The position numbers and the translations under genes were made by a program. Below, piece by piece: positions 29,635-43,100 of a DNA stretch of 64,000 nucleotides (positions within the stretch are counted from its first letter, which is position 1; the number at the start of each line of letters is the position of its first letter). The notes under the pieces were generated by a model. That model saw nothing but the letters and a program-made list of their open reading frames with translations. It was not told where the DNA came from and searched no databases. The DNA comes from Phoronis australis (Eukaryota > Animalia > Phoronida), in assembly GCA_002633005.1 (NCBI GenBank), contig NMRA01001015.1, positions 1 through 64,000 on the forward strand, given 5' to 3'.

Positions 29635-32600
29635 ATGCTGTTCCAGAGTGCCGTAGTTTTGTGCCAGGTTTTCGCGTTTTCCTTCGTAAGTATCATTTGG
29701 AATATACAGTAGCAGATGCCAAGATAATTTGCTTGAGTATTTCATTGGGTTAATAAGCATTTGATGTAAAATGCTACATGATCTCGTGTTACAAGTTGCC
29801 ACCATACACTCGACTTCCGGCAGCCAACGTGGCACTTCTAGTAGACTTAGGAAAGTAAACTGATAGACACTCGGTGTCCCAATATGTCGACACGTAGGCC
29901 TACTGTAAAGCATTGAAAGTGATGGTTGCAGACAAACCTGGCCTGGGCTGGGGGTTACTCCCTTAGACGGGACGTGCCCTAGATCCATGGTCCGGGTAGG
30001 CCTACTTTCAATACTTTGCCACGACCAACTTTAACCCGAAATATAAGAAAGGGTGCCGGTGCCTTTTCCGACAAAATTTTCCGTGAATGAAAATGTGCAT
30101 TTCCTTTTTAATTCCCCACAAAAGGGCTACAGTTTGGGACTAATAAACTGCTACAAGGGGCCCCGTTTCGGGCGGGGAGCGGGCAGTCCAGCCAGCAGCA
30201 GCGGAATGCGAGATAGTGAGGACGTGCCGCTGAGAAAGGCTGCATTTTTGTCACGCAAGAAAATCTGCAATGTTTCTAAATGTTACCTTTAGTTTATGTT
30301 TATAACCTTGATGGGACCAATATTAAGTGATTCCTATAGCTTGATTGCAATAGATCCTCTTTCAGTTTTAATTACTAAGTAGTTGGCATCTGTTCTTGTG
30401 GTGTTTCAGGCGAATTGGTTAAAAAGACTGTTATCCAAGAATCCCTACGACGGGGCAAATTAGGTTTATGGAATTAACCTAGTATGTATGTGTAATCATT
30501 CTGTGCGACCTCCAGTACCGGACTATTGTATTGTGCATGTATGTATTACTCGGTATATGTTATGTGGCTACATTTCATCATTTTATTGTTTTTGAAGATA
30601 ATTAATTTGTTTACCTTAACCGCTAAAACATTTCAAGATTTTGCCCTTGTTTCTTATGTCAGTGAGAGTGCAGCATCACATGACTGTTGGTTAACATATA
30701 ATACGAGTTTGGCATATGAAGTTGCTTGCTGTTTTTAAAGAGTAGGAACAATATTGTCACCTCATGATAAGCTCTAAAAGATGGCACTGTTCAGTTGTCG
30801 TAGTTATGACAAATAAGTGTGGTAATTATAAGCAAGAATTGTACAACAAGATGGTTGAATATGTGCTACATTCTGTCTGCAGGCTTTAGAAAATGGTGCA
30901 CTGGTGACAGAAAAGGCTTACTTCGATATAGTTATTGATGGAGAACCAGCTGGAAGGATCGTCTTTGGACTGTTTGGTGAAACGGTGCCAAAAACTGTTT
31001 CAAATTTTGCCAAACTGTCTTCTGGTGAATTAGGGTTTGGCTATGCTGGCAGTAAATTCCACAGAGTGATTAAAGACTTTATGATTCAAGGTAATCACTG
31101 GGTGTCAGTGTGGATATGAAAGGACTGTAGGAAATGTTCACACTATTATTCAACTCAACATACATTTGATGTCTCTTGTGATGCATGCAAACTTTGAATC
31201 CAACTTTCAACTCAAGTCGCGTGTTCTACTGCCAATTTGTGTGATTAAAAGAACGCGTTTTTCTTGAAGTTCAGGAAAATTTATTCAATCTACTAAGTGT
31301 TCTAAAACATATTTTTCCAAATGATGCAAAAATTAATCAAAGCTGCACTTCGCTCTGTTTGCGTGGCTGAAAAACGAAAATCAAATTTGGCATTTTACTC
31401 TCTTATAATATTCCTTACCTTGAGAGGATTCTGTTTCCAACCGGGCCTGTCACGGCAATACTTACGTGCGTCATTTTCAAATTTGTAATTTTAGGGTTGG
31501 CATACCGATCCCAATAAACTGAAACATTTTCTTGAGTCCCTGTCTCCCTGATGGTTTCGATATTGTTGTTGGTTATAGAAGTAGAATCCTACCTCTGCAC
31601 AAAATAAAATGAGACTGATTTTAGGAACCTTACAGTAAACACCCTAATACGCTTTTCATTTTAGCCAGCTAAACAGCGCGAATGCAGCTTTATTCCAACA
31701 TTCAAAGTGCTAAGATGACATGTTTTGACCCATTGTCTATGCCTCACTTGCTTAATTGCACAACGTTGTATTTTAGCTGGTGATTATACTACACAAGATG
31801 GCATGGGAAGTGAGAGCATTTATGGCGGGAAATTCAAAGATGAGAATTTTAAACTCAGGCATTATGGCCCTGGGTGGGTCAGCATGGCAAACTATGGTGA
31901 GTGGCCTATAGTTATTTATTCATGAGTGTTCGCGGAATTAATTGAACAAACGGCAGTGTTCTGCTCACAATTTGAATGGATGTTTCCTCCGTTCCTCCCT
32001 TCCTCCCCCATCCCTCTCTCCTCCCTCCCTCCCTCTGGTTAGGGCCATGATGGAAATGCGTGAAAAACAATCTTAGAAAAAGGTGTCTAACTTCGTTTAA
32101 CCTTGGGTATATTTGAAATTGTTTTGTTTTTGACTCTGGTTTCTGTTCCAGTTTTTATTTGTGACAGGATGCATAAGTGAAGAGTAGTCATACCGATACT
32201 AAGGTGTAGTTTGATGGGATATTTGGTTCATTAATAAAGAGTTTGTCTTTCACTAATGGAGATGGTGTGTAAATTATTGGTTTCATTAGCGAAATGTTCT
32301 TAACTGGTGGAAAATCCCACCTTATTCAGTTTTCATTCCACTCCTAACTTACAATAATGGCAGACTATATATGAAACAAAAACGTCACATTTGTTTTTGG
32401 TCAAACTACATGTATGATTACGAGCTCTAAAATCGGCACATGAACGACATATTGATCGAGGTTTCAGTTTATTTTCCTTAAACCATTCTCAAGAAAAAAG
32501 ACAAACGTTCACAATATACCAATCAGGTGATACAGGTGTACCTGTTCTGTCCGTTCTCCACCTGTGTCACCTGATTGGAATATTGTGAACTTTTGTCTTG

Positions 32601-33159
32601 AGAATGGTTCAGAGACAATAAACCAAACATAGATAAATGTCATTGTTTACATATGCGTTGGTTTTAAAGTTCGTAGAAAACTGTCCATTTCAGCCGCCCT
32701 GTGCAGGCCATGTGCATGTTATCAGTCCTGTGTCTTTCAACACCTCATGACTTTAACACTTATGCTGTGATTTAGATTTATTTCTATTTAGTTTAATATC
32801 TAGAATAACCTAGCACCATAATGCACAATGTTTTACTTAGTTCAATCCGTGGAGATCCTGTGACACAGTGCTATGTCAGTAACTTCGTGTCTGTTGATTT
32901 TGCAGATGTTGATACCAACGGAAGTCAGTTTTTCATCACCTGTGTTAAGACATCATGGCTGGATGGCAGACACGTGGTTTTTGGCAAAGTGCTCGAAGGA
33001 ATGGAGGTTGTGCGGAAGATTGAAAGTCAGGCAACAACTCAGCAAGATCGTCCTGTCAAAGATGTCGTGATTGCTACCAGTGGAATTCTGCCAGTTGAAA
33101 CACCATTTAAAGTGAGGACAGCGGGAGTCTTGGAACCTGGACGTCAAAACTTCATTTAG
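29635..33159 (+). CDS. PPIB: Cyclophilin B paralog, 210 aa (exons 29635-29685, 30883-31090, 31777-31896, 32906-33159)
   Basis: Signal peptide [18 protein letters not shown] ending at a GTAAGT donor. Internal exons are 208 and 120 nt, as in the minus-strand paralog. Motifs [37 protein letters not shown]. Confidence 0.92.
32483..32608. repeat. Long palindrome / fold-back element in intron 3 of the second cyclophilin
   Basis: CCATTCTCAAGA...GTTCACAATATACCAATCAGGTGATACAGGTG pairs with CACCTGTGTCACCTGATTGGAATATTGTGAAC...TCTTGAGAATGG; pairing extends imperfectly further out. Confidence 0.75.
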
Positions 33160-34565
33160 GAAATATTAATGCACTACTGTTTTGATTTGCTTAAATCGGA
33201 TTTAAATTGGTGAAATATTATACAGCATTTCAACGAATCCGATTTTTTAACGGTTGGATTCATAAAGAATTGTGAATTTGAATTAACTGCATTCTTTTTA
33301 AGTGCCATTTTTGTACACAACGCACCTATGTTCTCGCCGGTCTTAGGCAATGATGTCCCTCTGCAGCTGTTGAGAGACAAACGTTTGTGTCAGTTAAATT
33401 TTTGATGATATCTTGATGTTTAAGTTTCAATTAAGAGTCACAAGTCAGTTAGAACTAGTGGTTTACATGTAAGTAGTAGCGCGTTTCCTTTGTGGTTACT
33501 TGTGCAGCTGAACAAACCAAAGTAGACGTCAATACCGGATTCTGAGTTCTTTACATTCATGTGCCAGCTTTTGAAATCCATTCAGTGAAATGCTATTGTA
33601 TATTGAAGCATTTGTTTTCCATTTTTATATTTTTTTGTAGAAATGTTGTTGTAACATTTTTTCTACATGGTATTTTTGCCATTGAGGTTGGTGCTACATG
33701 TACATTTGTATAGGCCTATTGTTTGTTTTTATACTTTTCTCTTAATGTGGACACTCCAGGTGTTTCACTTATGTCCTTGCCAGATTTATGTCGACTGTTT
33801 TTCCTCGGATGTCAATGATGAATGCTTCACCAAAGAGATTTAGGATTTAGACTATTGCCAAATTCATCCCATCTTGAGTTGATTATGGTGAGCCGGCAAC
33901 TCAGTGACAGGCAATGCTTGCGCGAGTTCGCGCTTATAGGTTAGTCACCCCACCCCATTAAACTCTGAGCTACTTTCTTGAGTAGTTGATGGCATCTGTG
34001 TTCTTGTTGGTAACGGAAGTCAACCCCTTATCATGGTAAGGAACATCTTGGGGCAGGTTGTCATTTCTGTTTATGGGCAGCTAAATACTGAGGAAATACA
34101 GTTAAAATCAATGCCATTATCTGGTTTGAGTCAGTGTCAAGTCTTTGTTGCTGACAAATTGGCTGATTTCATATCTTGTTAATGACTTGAAAATGTTATA
34201 AAAATAAATTAGTTTGCATTCTTTTCAATATTGTTAGTATTACAGATAGGACACTTCATCCAAAATCCTAATCCTGTCATAACTTATCACAGAGCTGACA
34301 GATTATATGAGGTCACCCGGTGGATGCAGATGTTGAGTGCTTGCTCAGGCCTGTATAAAGATACTTGTATTATGCAGGCTTGCTGGCTGGTTGCGTGGAT
34401 ACCTGTATGCGCTCTTGGTTAGTGTATGTGTTTGCGCATCAGAATGTAAATGTAAGGGATATATTTCTACTTGATCTGACGGATATGGCGAGTTCAGTGT
34501 TGCATGGTGCAAAACGAGCCTAACCTTTCTGATGCAGATCTTTCATCTATTTAAAACATATTTGG

Positions 34566-34730
34566 CAGTGGCAGATTTAAGCGGGGCCAAGGGGGCCATG
34601 GTCCCCCTAAAACTCTCCAGATTCCATTTGGCACTGAGTTCGGGGGTTCGAACGTCTGACGGGCAAAATCCTGGCTAATACTCTGCCCTGCCTCCCCCAC
34701 CTAACTCAAAATACTGTATCCGCCCGTTTG
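34566..34730. mobile_element. MITE, CAGTGGCGGAT family (degenerate copy)
   Basis: Aligns by eye over its length with 46067-46224. Confidence 0.65.
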
Positions 34731-35919
34731 GTATATGCTTAGCCTAGGAACTGGTTCCGAGGCTTAGCCAAGCGGTTGATGAAAAAGGTGTCACGTAATC
34801 CTTTTTAAAGGACTCCCTCATGTTAACATGGATTGGGATAATTGCTTGAATTATTCAGGCAATGCCTCAGTGAACACGGGCTGGGCCCATTCCAGCATCT
34901 CAAGTGTCCTGCGGTTAAAATTTGCTAATCACATGCCTGTTTAAACCTATCAAGTTATCCGTTTATGTTCGCAACTGAATTCGAACCCGCGCCTATAGCA
35001 TCCGGAATTGGGTGCATGCGTCTATATATGCAACGCTAGAGTAGAAACAAAGGAGCAACTTCTTCAGTTATGCAGCTGAATGAAGTTGACTAATGTTTTG
35101 CAAAATGCAAACGAGGTGATAGAATGAATGCTAATCAGTGCTTGGAATTTTCCTCTTTTGAGAGGATTTCCCTTTTGGGTTTCAATTTCCTCTTCTTTGA
35201 TTTCCAGTTTCCTCTGTTCGTCTCTTTTTATCCCATTACTTTATGCATGCACCGATGCGCTTTTTTTCTTTCATGCCAGGTGTCACGCTTCACTTCTTCA
35301 AGCTTTGCCACACCCTTGTCAACTTGGCAGCATATTCGTTTTGCAACAACTGGGGTTGTCTGACACCTGTCACAGGTGCACCTGCAAGATGCGTCGCAAC
35401 GAAATTACATTGCGTCAGTCAACATCAAAATGTAAAAATTGAAAAATTTACCAATTTTGCCAAAATTGAGGAGGCTGCATACGTTTTCAGTTCTCATGAG
35501 CAGTGGGGGCTAAAGCCCCCTTGAGCAGCGCCCCTGTTTCAACTACTGAACAAGAATCAAATCTTTTAATGAAAAACAAACTTTGTGACAGTTGTGAATG
35601 ATGCCCGGGGAATACAAGAATAAGCATTCATTGTTCGATTGTTTTACCTGACCCTGAGATGGGATTGTCAGTACTGACTCGAGTCATGCGGCCGGTACCA
35701 AGGAGTGTATTGGGCCTACACTCCTTGCCCTTACTCCCAACCTGAACCCTATCGGAACCTACTTTCCACTTAGTCAACCTGACTGAAGGGTCACCTGTAC
35801 CTTAAACATTGCAATGCTTTTTTAAGTACTTCATATGCTATATGTGCAATCCCCAATCCAATGGGATGCCCTCTATTGAAACTACCAGTTGGTAGTTCCT
35901 ATCCACTAGTCGATTCGTA

Positions 35920-36063
35920 CATGGGCGGCGCACCATAGGGGGCAGGAAAGGCTATAGCCCCCCTTTTTTCAGCTCGCTCCGGGGCCCATGGTCTATTGGC
36001 GGTGTACTACAATGAGGGGGGCTATAGCCCCCCCCCCACTTTTTCAGTGCTGCGCCGCCCATG
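35920..36063. mobile_element. MITE with 13-bp TIR and 5-bp TSD
   Basis: CATGGGCGGCGCA...TGCGCCGCCCATG flanked by TCGTA on both sides. Confidence 0.85.
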
Positions 36064-36519
36064 TCGTACTCAGACCGAGGTCAAGTATCATTACTTTCAT
36101 TTTATAAATCAACGGGCAACATCGAGTGAATTTACATACTCATCACTGTTTCAATTTCAATCACTGCTTTACAAAATACAGTTTTGAATCACTTGTGTAG
36201 TTGACTTAAGAAGTTACCTAGCTGTTTCCTTTGCAAATACCAAAAGTTTGAGATTGCAGTAGAAGTAATCAGAGACCAAACATTTTTCATTTGAAGTGAT
36301 CCTCTAAATTGCAAAAACACGTTCATTCCAACAGTAGCTGGTAACTGGTATTTATCCGAGACTGAAACACGACTCATTGTGAGTGGGACGTGGGCGCCTG
36401 TGACTGACCGATAAGGCTACTCAGTGAATTTGAATTGAAAACTGCCGCCAAGTAATTATTCGCAGGATACGTGTTTTAACAACAATTAGTCTTACCAGTC
36501 CACTAACGTCCTGTTGTAA

Positions 36520-39230
36520 CTCCTGTCAGAGACCGCCAGTCGCATTTTCAAAATCCAGGTCGCATTCATAACTCGTTGATTCCCTACGTGTCCGCTAGTG
36601 GGTATTTAATTTTCTTCGGGAAGTTTGTTTACACCGGCGTTTTCTAATTGGCTGGTCGAATGCTCAACAGGTAGCGCTTTACGTAAACAAACTAGCATGA
36701 CTGATAGAGGAAGAGTAAGTGTAGAATTGTGGTCTGTTGTACAGGCAAATCGGTTCTTAAAATTCATGTTCAAGAAATGTGATTCAGAAAGCTGTGGTTG
36801 TGCTTTTTCGGAGTACATTTTTTTACTGTCGCTGACTTTCGTTTTTGTTGCTGTCCTGTGTTCACAGAGTATAAATAACACACGGTTTAAATCGGCCAGT
36901 TGTGTGTTCACTTTGTACCTGGCAGGTGCTTTTAGTCGAGCACGCGGCTATTAAACATTACTGCAGAATCGAAATATCTGCTGTCACGCCACTTGCATGA
37001 CAAACATCGTTCATAGTCGGCCATTTCTTTCTTTGTTGTGAAGCTACAAACCAATGACTGCTGAGGTTACATCAACCAGTGACAAAACGCATGCTGCTGA
37101 TGCGTGTCCTCTACCTCCTAGCGGAAACACAGGGAACCAGCGAGGCGTTCATAAATGCTAGGTCACAAAATTTTCCCAGCATTTTTACGTTCCAAAATTA
37201 TTTTTTAGATTTTCGAGAAAATGTATAGATTACGATCTTACCTGCGGCGTTAAATACGCACACATTTCAGGTCGCAAAATTCAGTTCTCACATGCAGGTA
37301 CAGCGTTACTTCTTCAAGACCGCAGCGCAAGTTGCTGAAGTGAAAGTTGAATCAGTGCTATCTAACCGACACGTCCATTCGAGTAGCTAAGTTGTAATGT
37401 GAAAAGGGGGGAAATATTTGATGAAAAACTGTCATCGACTGATCCGTGAAACGTTACCCTAGCCCAATGATGTATTCGGATACACGGGAACAATTCACTG
37501 ATCAGCCAGGCCACAACAAAAATGTGGGGTTCATGTTGTTTACTTACTCAACAATTAGTTTTCCATGAAATAAAATCCGAGAAATAATTTCCGACTCTGT
37601 GCGGGTTTTCATCTAAACAAAGACCCAGGACTTGACCTACCTGCGGTGTATTTAGATTTGTTACGGGATTCCCCCCGACATTAGCGAATCCCTGAGACTG
37701 TTTTTATTTCTTTTATTGTACAACCCGGTGGTGAAAGAAGTCCGTGAGAGTGGACGANACCTTTTTGCCCAATTCGCCAAATTGGGGGGCTCGTTCGAGC
37801 AAAAGGTCCACATAGTTGGGAATTCGAGCCCCCCCCCCATATTGAAGGCTGGGTGCGCGCATGTACTTTATCTATGTTCAGTTGAGAGTAGAGTTTTGTT
37901 CCGAAGGTATGAATGTAACGGAATAAAGACTGTCAACAATGAAGTGTCGTGCGTTTAATCAATTATTTAGGATTGTCAATGTTCTCTTTCCATTTGTAGC
38001 TTTGGAGTGGTGGGCACGAATTAGTTCACGCGCTTGAATAGCCGGAGTAGGCCAGCACTATCCAGATGTTTAGAGATGACGTATCATGGCAGTAGATGAC
38101 GCAATTTGGACCCAGAAATAAGAATAGAAATGCCGTCACACTGAGTCCAAAACGTCAAAATGACGTCACGCTAAACATTCCAATACCGGCGCTGGCCAAC
38201 AGCATATGACAGACGACTCGTAATGTCGCGCACGTAGCCCCAGAAACAAGTAAAGGGGTTGGGAATTTACTGGCGACTCAAAAACATAGGCGGATTTTGG
38301 GGGGGGGGCAGGAGGCCCAGGCACTCCCCCCCCTTGAAAGAGCTTGAAGAGTAAGGAAATATTGAGATCAGCAACTAGGACCGGTAGCGGATAAGGGGGG
38401 GGGGGACCTCAGACCTCGGGGATTGTGTTCTCGCTTTTTTTAGTACATCGAAGGATATTCCGAACAGAAGGTTCACATCCCCGGCCCCGCAACCCTTCGG
38501 GCCTGTGCACATTACAATAGCGCTTTGCCCATTTCCCGAGGCAACATGTTGCCCCCCCCCTTATGGTGTCTTAGATCCGACACTGAAAAACCACTTTGCT
38601 GAAAGTAAAGACGTGACCGTCGTTTGGCGATTATTAGGGTTGCCATTTTCACGTTTGCTATACTTGCGATGACAGACAAGACGTACGTTTCGAAGCNCTT
38701 AGTACGATCGTCTGCCGGGACCGCTTGCGCGCCAACAACGAGACCGATCAGTGCCGCAGTGCGATATGAAAGATATTGTCGGGGATATTTCGTAATAAGG
38801 GTTTCTTACGTGAAAAATAAATATGTTTTCCTGAACAAAGTATAGTACGTTGTTCGTGCATTAATAGAAATACCACTGTTTTGTGACGTTTTATCACGTG
38901 TTCTGCCGTGCCTGGTCCGAAAGTTTGTTCGGTTCATCCCAAACTGTTAGCCAATGTCGTCAAAGGTTGATTCTGCACTGTCCAATGTTCACGCGACGTG
39001 CAAGTCATCGGGAGTGCTGTTCCCGGTTAGTGCTTTTTTAACTTGATTTCGCAACAACCAAATAACGGTCAGATTTAAAGGAGTGGCTTATGTTTGCTAG
39101 CTATGAAGCTATCCGCTCAGAAGTGTAAAAACTCAGCTTGCATGTTTACGTTAGAAATTCCAGCGGTTGCATTTTGCGACTTGATACGAACTGGCAAAAA
39201 TCTTAGCTCGCACATCCAAATATCAGGTTC
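36520..39230 (-). mobile_element. Old, interrupted inverted copy of the 61008-63213 non-autonomous DNA transposon
   Basis: 37140-37280 is the reverse complement of ~63000-63135 and 38600-39225 of ~61045-61685. Younger MITEs are nested inside. Boundaries approximate. Confidence 0.6.
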
Positions 39231-40190
39231 TTTGTGTTCCACTATGTCACAGAAAATGGCACAGTTTGTATTTTCCGTTACAATATGGCGCTACGATATC
39301 GCGGCACTTCAATATAGCGACGTGTAAGTCAATGTTAAGAATATACAGTAGCTATTATAATTGTAGACAAGAATTTAGACCATATTGTTGTTCAGATTGG
39401 TTTGGACCTTGCAAATTTCTCTTCAAAATGTCGTCCGCTGTCGGCTACCTATTTCCCGCCTTTCAAGGGTACTTATCTACTTTATATTTTCAGATGGTTT
39501 CAACCACAGGCGCTCGGATTTCCAGATCACTCATAACCATATATAAGAAACATATAGTAGTGAGTGACGTCATTTTCGATCGAGGAACAGATAAACCCAA
39601 GCGCCTGTGGTTTCAACCTACGTTCAACACCACATTTGCAATCATGGCGATACGTTTTTGTGTATGTCCGACAAAGCGTGTTTAACACCACAACATAACG
39701 TACAAATTGACATTAAAGATAAAACAGCAGCCGAACTCAAGGTCTTCTTTTAAAGGAATAACTACTTCAAGTTAAAGTGTAGAAACGTACTTAAAACGAG
39801 TTGCTGATATTATTTTTCTTTTAGTAGAAAACATAAACTGGGTGGTCTGATAACTGCTAACCAGAAACTCCTATTTTGTGATTAACAGCTCTAAAGAAAA
39901 AGCAACCGAAAAATTTAGCAAGCCTCAGGATTTTGACGAAATTTCCAAGAGGTTTTGCCCATGTCATAAACCTGAGACTCGCGTAGGATTCTCTCTATCT
40001 TACTCGGAACATAAGTCGATCACAAATAAGGATTCGTTTTCTAAGATAATTATCTGAGTCATTATTATAATTGTCTTATATTTATGTTGCAAGAAAAATT
40101 GTCACTGGAGACCGCACTCAGTATATAGTTGCAAAGCGAATACGTACTTCAGATTAGCATAGAACTGTGGTAAACTGCCGTACACTTTAC

Positions 40191-43100
40191 TCAGGTTTTG
40201 GCGACCTTCACCGAAATCGTTCCGTCGACGACAACTTCATGTGGAAGTTCCCGCATTCTGAAAACTTTCAAAGGTTTCGTCTTTATTGTAGTAACTTGAG
40301 GTGTCGTAGCTTGTGCTGTAATGTCCCCCCTATCCCCAATGAAGTACTCTTTTCCTAACGTGTCATACACAATGCTCCAATCTTGAAAGCTACCTTGGTC
40401 GTCAACATCCATGTTTTCCATGCCGGAGCTTTCCCTTTCTAAAACATGGAGACTTTGCTCCAGATGTTTGTCAAGCGACGCGGGTTGATAGAGGTCTTCA
40501 TCATCTATGTATTCTAAATTGACAACTGGTTTGGGTGAACGATTCCACATCCCACTGTCATGAAAACTCATGGGCTCCAACGGCAACTCCTGTGTTAAAT
40601 CTTTGATACAATCGGCTCTATCTACAGAAATTTTAGAATTTGTAGAGCTCCTAGAAGTAATAGCGGAGCCACTAAAATAACCTTTACTCGACATAGTTGA
40701 TTCTTTACTCGGTCCCCTGTCAATCTCTGTCGTCTTACAACACACATGCCCAACGTGGGAATCAACGACGCCGTGCTCGTCAGCAAATCGTCTACGAGTG
40801 ACATTTTCTCTGTAACCACTGGCGGTAGGCTCACGTGATACATCCTTCCTAAGCCAATCAACACATTCTTTCACCGAGCCGACACGTAGTTGCCGACACT
40901 CAAGGATCTCGCCTATGCTATACTCTTGACGGAGAGTAGCATAAACATCTCTAACTAAATTAAGTTCACAATGAGCTATTAACAGACCTACCGCCACATC
41001 CAAAATTACCTCTTTATTTACCGCGGGCCTTTCAAGCTTAAGGACACCGTCCCTTTCCGTGTAACCCATGAGATTAAATACCGAAACTGGGTCTTTAAGG
41101 ACAGATTTTATGTAGATATTATAGTACCCACCATAAGTCTGAAAGAAAATTGAAACTATTCAAAACTGTTACCAATAAGGAAAGTGTGAAGCCGGCATTC
41201 TTACCAATGCCTTTTTACGTACTAGCGAGGACATCAATAATTTGCAACGACAGGAGACTAAACTTTGTTGGTGACCAGATTGCAATACAGGCAATGACAA
41301 AGGCGTTAGCAATTTGTGACTACGCAAGGGTCGCTGGTGATCGTGTCCGCGAGGGAGCACATAATGCTATGTCTAATTAAAATGTGAATATGCAAATGAA
41401 GTAAAAGTTTACAAACAACCCCGGGTCTTCCGGTGTGCCGAAAACCATCCGAGAATAAGTTACCATTACAATCTCGCGAAAGTCTCCTTTTGCAAGATTA
41501 ATTTTTTGCAAATGAGTATGGTAATATTTCATCGTTACCTTAATGAAACAAGGCACAGATTTTACTATTTGTTTATTTCACTATCAAATATGGTACTACT
41601 TGGAATTATGTTTTTTATAAGTTAACACTTGTTTTTAAGTGTATCAGTTGCGGTGTTTTTTTAAACCCCAAGTTATTTACAAAATCTTTCTTTTCCTGAT
41701 TATACTCGTACACGTAGTTCTCCAGCAAGTCACTAGGTAGCGCTTGATACAAATTTAAATATTCACAGTTTTAATGAGACACAGCATCTTTAACCACAAC
41801 GATTTCTTCCTTCCTGACGGCTAGAACTGCTATATCAAAACCACATGGGGGGACGCGCAAAAGAACTGCCAAAATTATTTAAGTGCATGAAATCACCAAC
41901 NTGTAACCCATGAGATTAAATACCGAAACTGGGTCTTTAAGGACAGATTTTATGTAGATATTATAGTACCCACCATAAGTCTGAAAGAAAATTGAAACTA
42001 TTCAAAACTGTTACCAATAAGGAAAGTGTGAAGCCGGCATTCTTACCAATGCCTTTTTACGTACTAGCGAGGACATCAATAATTTGCAACGACAGGAGAC
42101 TAAACTTTGTTGGTGACCAGATTGCAATACAGGCAATGACAAAGGCGTTAGCAATTTGTGACTACGCAAGGGTCGCTGGTGATCGTGTCCGCGAGGGAGC
42201 ACATAATGCTATGTCTAATTAAATTGTGAATATGCAAATGAAGTAAAAGTTTACAAACAACCCCGGGTCTTCCGGTGTGCCGAAAACCATCCGAGAATAA
42301 GTTACCATTACAATCTCGCGAAAGTCTCCTTTTGCAAGATTAATTTTTTGCAAATGAGTATGGTAATATTTCATCGTTACCTTAATGAAACAAGGCACAG
42401 ATTTTACTATTTGTTTATTTCACTATCAAATATGGTACTACTTGGAATTATGTTTTTTATAAGTTAACACTTGTTTTTAAGTGTATCAGTTGCGGTGTTT
42501 TTTTAAACCCCAAGTTATTTACAAAATCTTTCTTTTCCTGATTATACTCGTACACGTAGTTCTCCAGCAAGTCACTAGGTAGCGCTTGATACAAATTTAA
42601 ATATTCACAGTTTTAATGAGACACAGCATCTTTAACCACAACGATTTCTTCCTTCCTGACGGCTAGAACTGCTATATCAAAACCACATGGGGGGACGCGC
42701 AAAAGAACTGCCAAAATTATTTAAGTGCATGAAATCACCAACTCCACACAAAAAACATAAGACAATCAGACAGTCAAACCTCCACAAACAGTGTTTGATA
42801 ATAAGTGACTTGGTTCATCTCGTGTTACGAGCATTTATTGGTCGATACACACGTACCAAGAAGAATCGGGAAACGATCACAGCATTAGTCATCCATGGGC
42901 GCACACGGGGGGGGGGGCGGGGAGTCCACCAAAAAATCGGCGGAGAATGCACAATTCACAGCTTTGAGTGTACCTCGATTTTTTTTAGCAAAAGGTCCAC
43001 ATTCTCAAAAATTCGAGCCCCTCATTGTTTAGGCTGGGTGCATATTTTCGATAGTGTTTAGTGTCAAAAGTCGTCGTCGATATTGCAGCGCGTTTTCCGT

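Noticed and set aside
41060-42742. 841-bp near-perfect tandem duplication including part of a SPATA2-like exon
   Set aside because: Near-identical copies joined at n 41901; contig-overlap artefact. The duplicated 76-aa and 63-aa ORFs are intronic.
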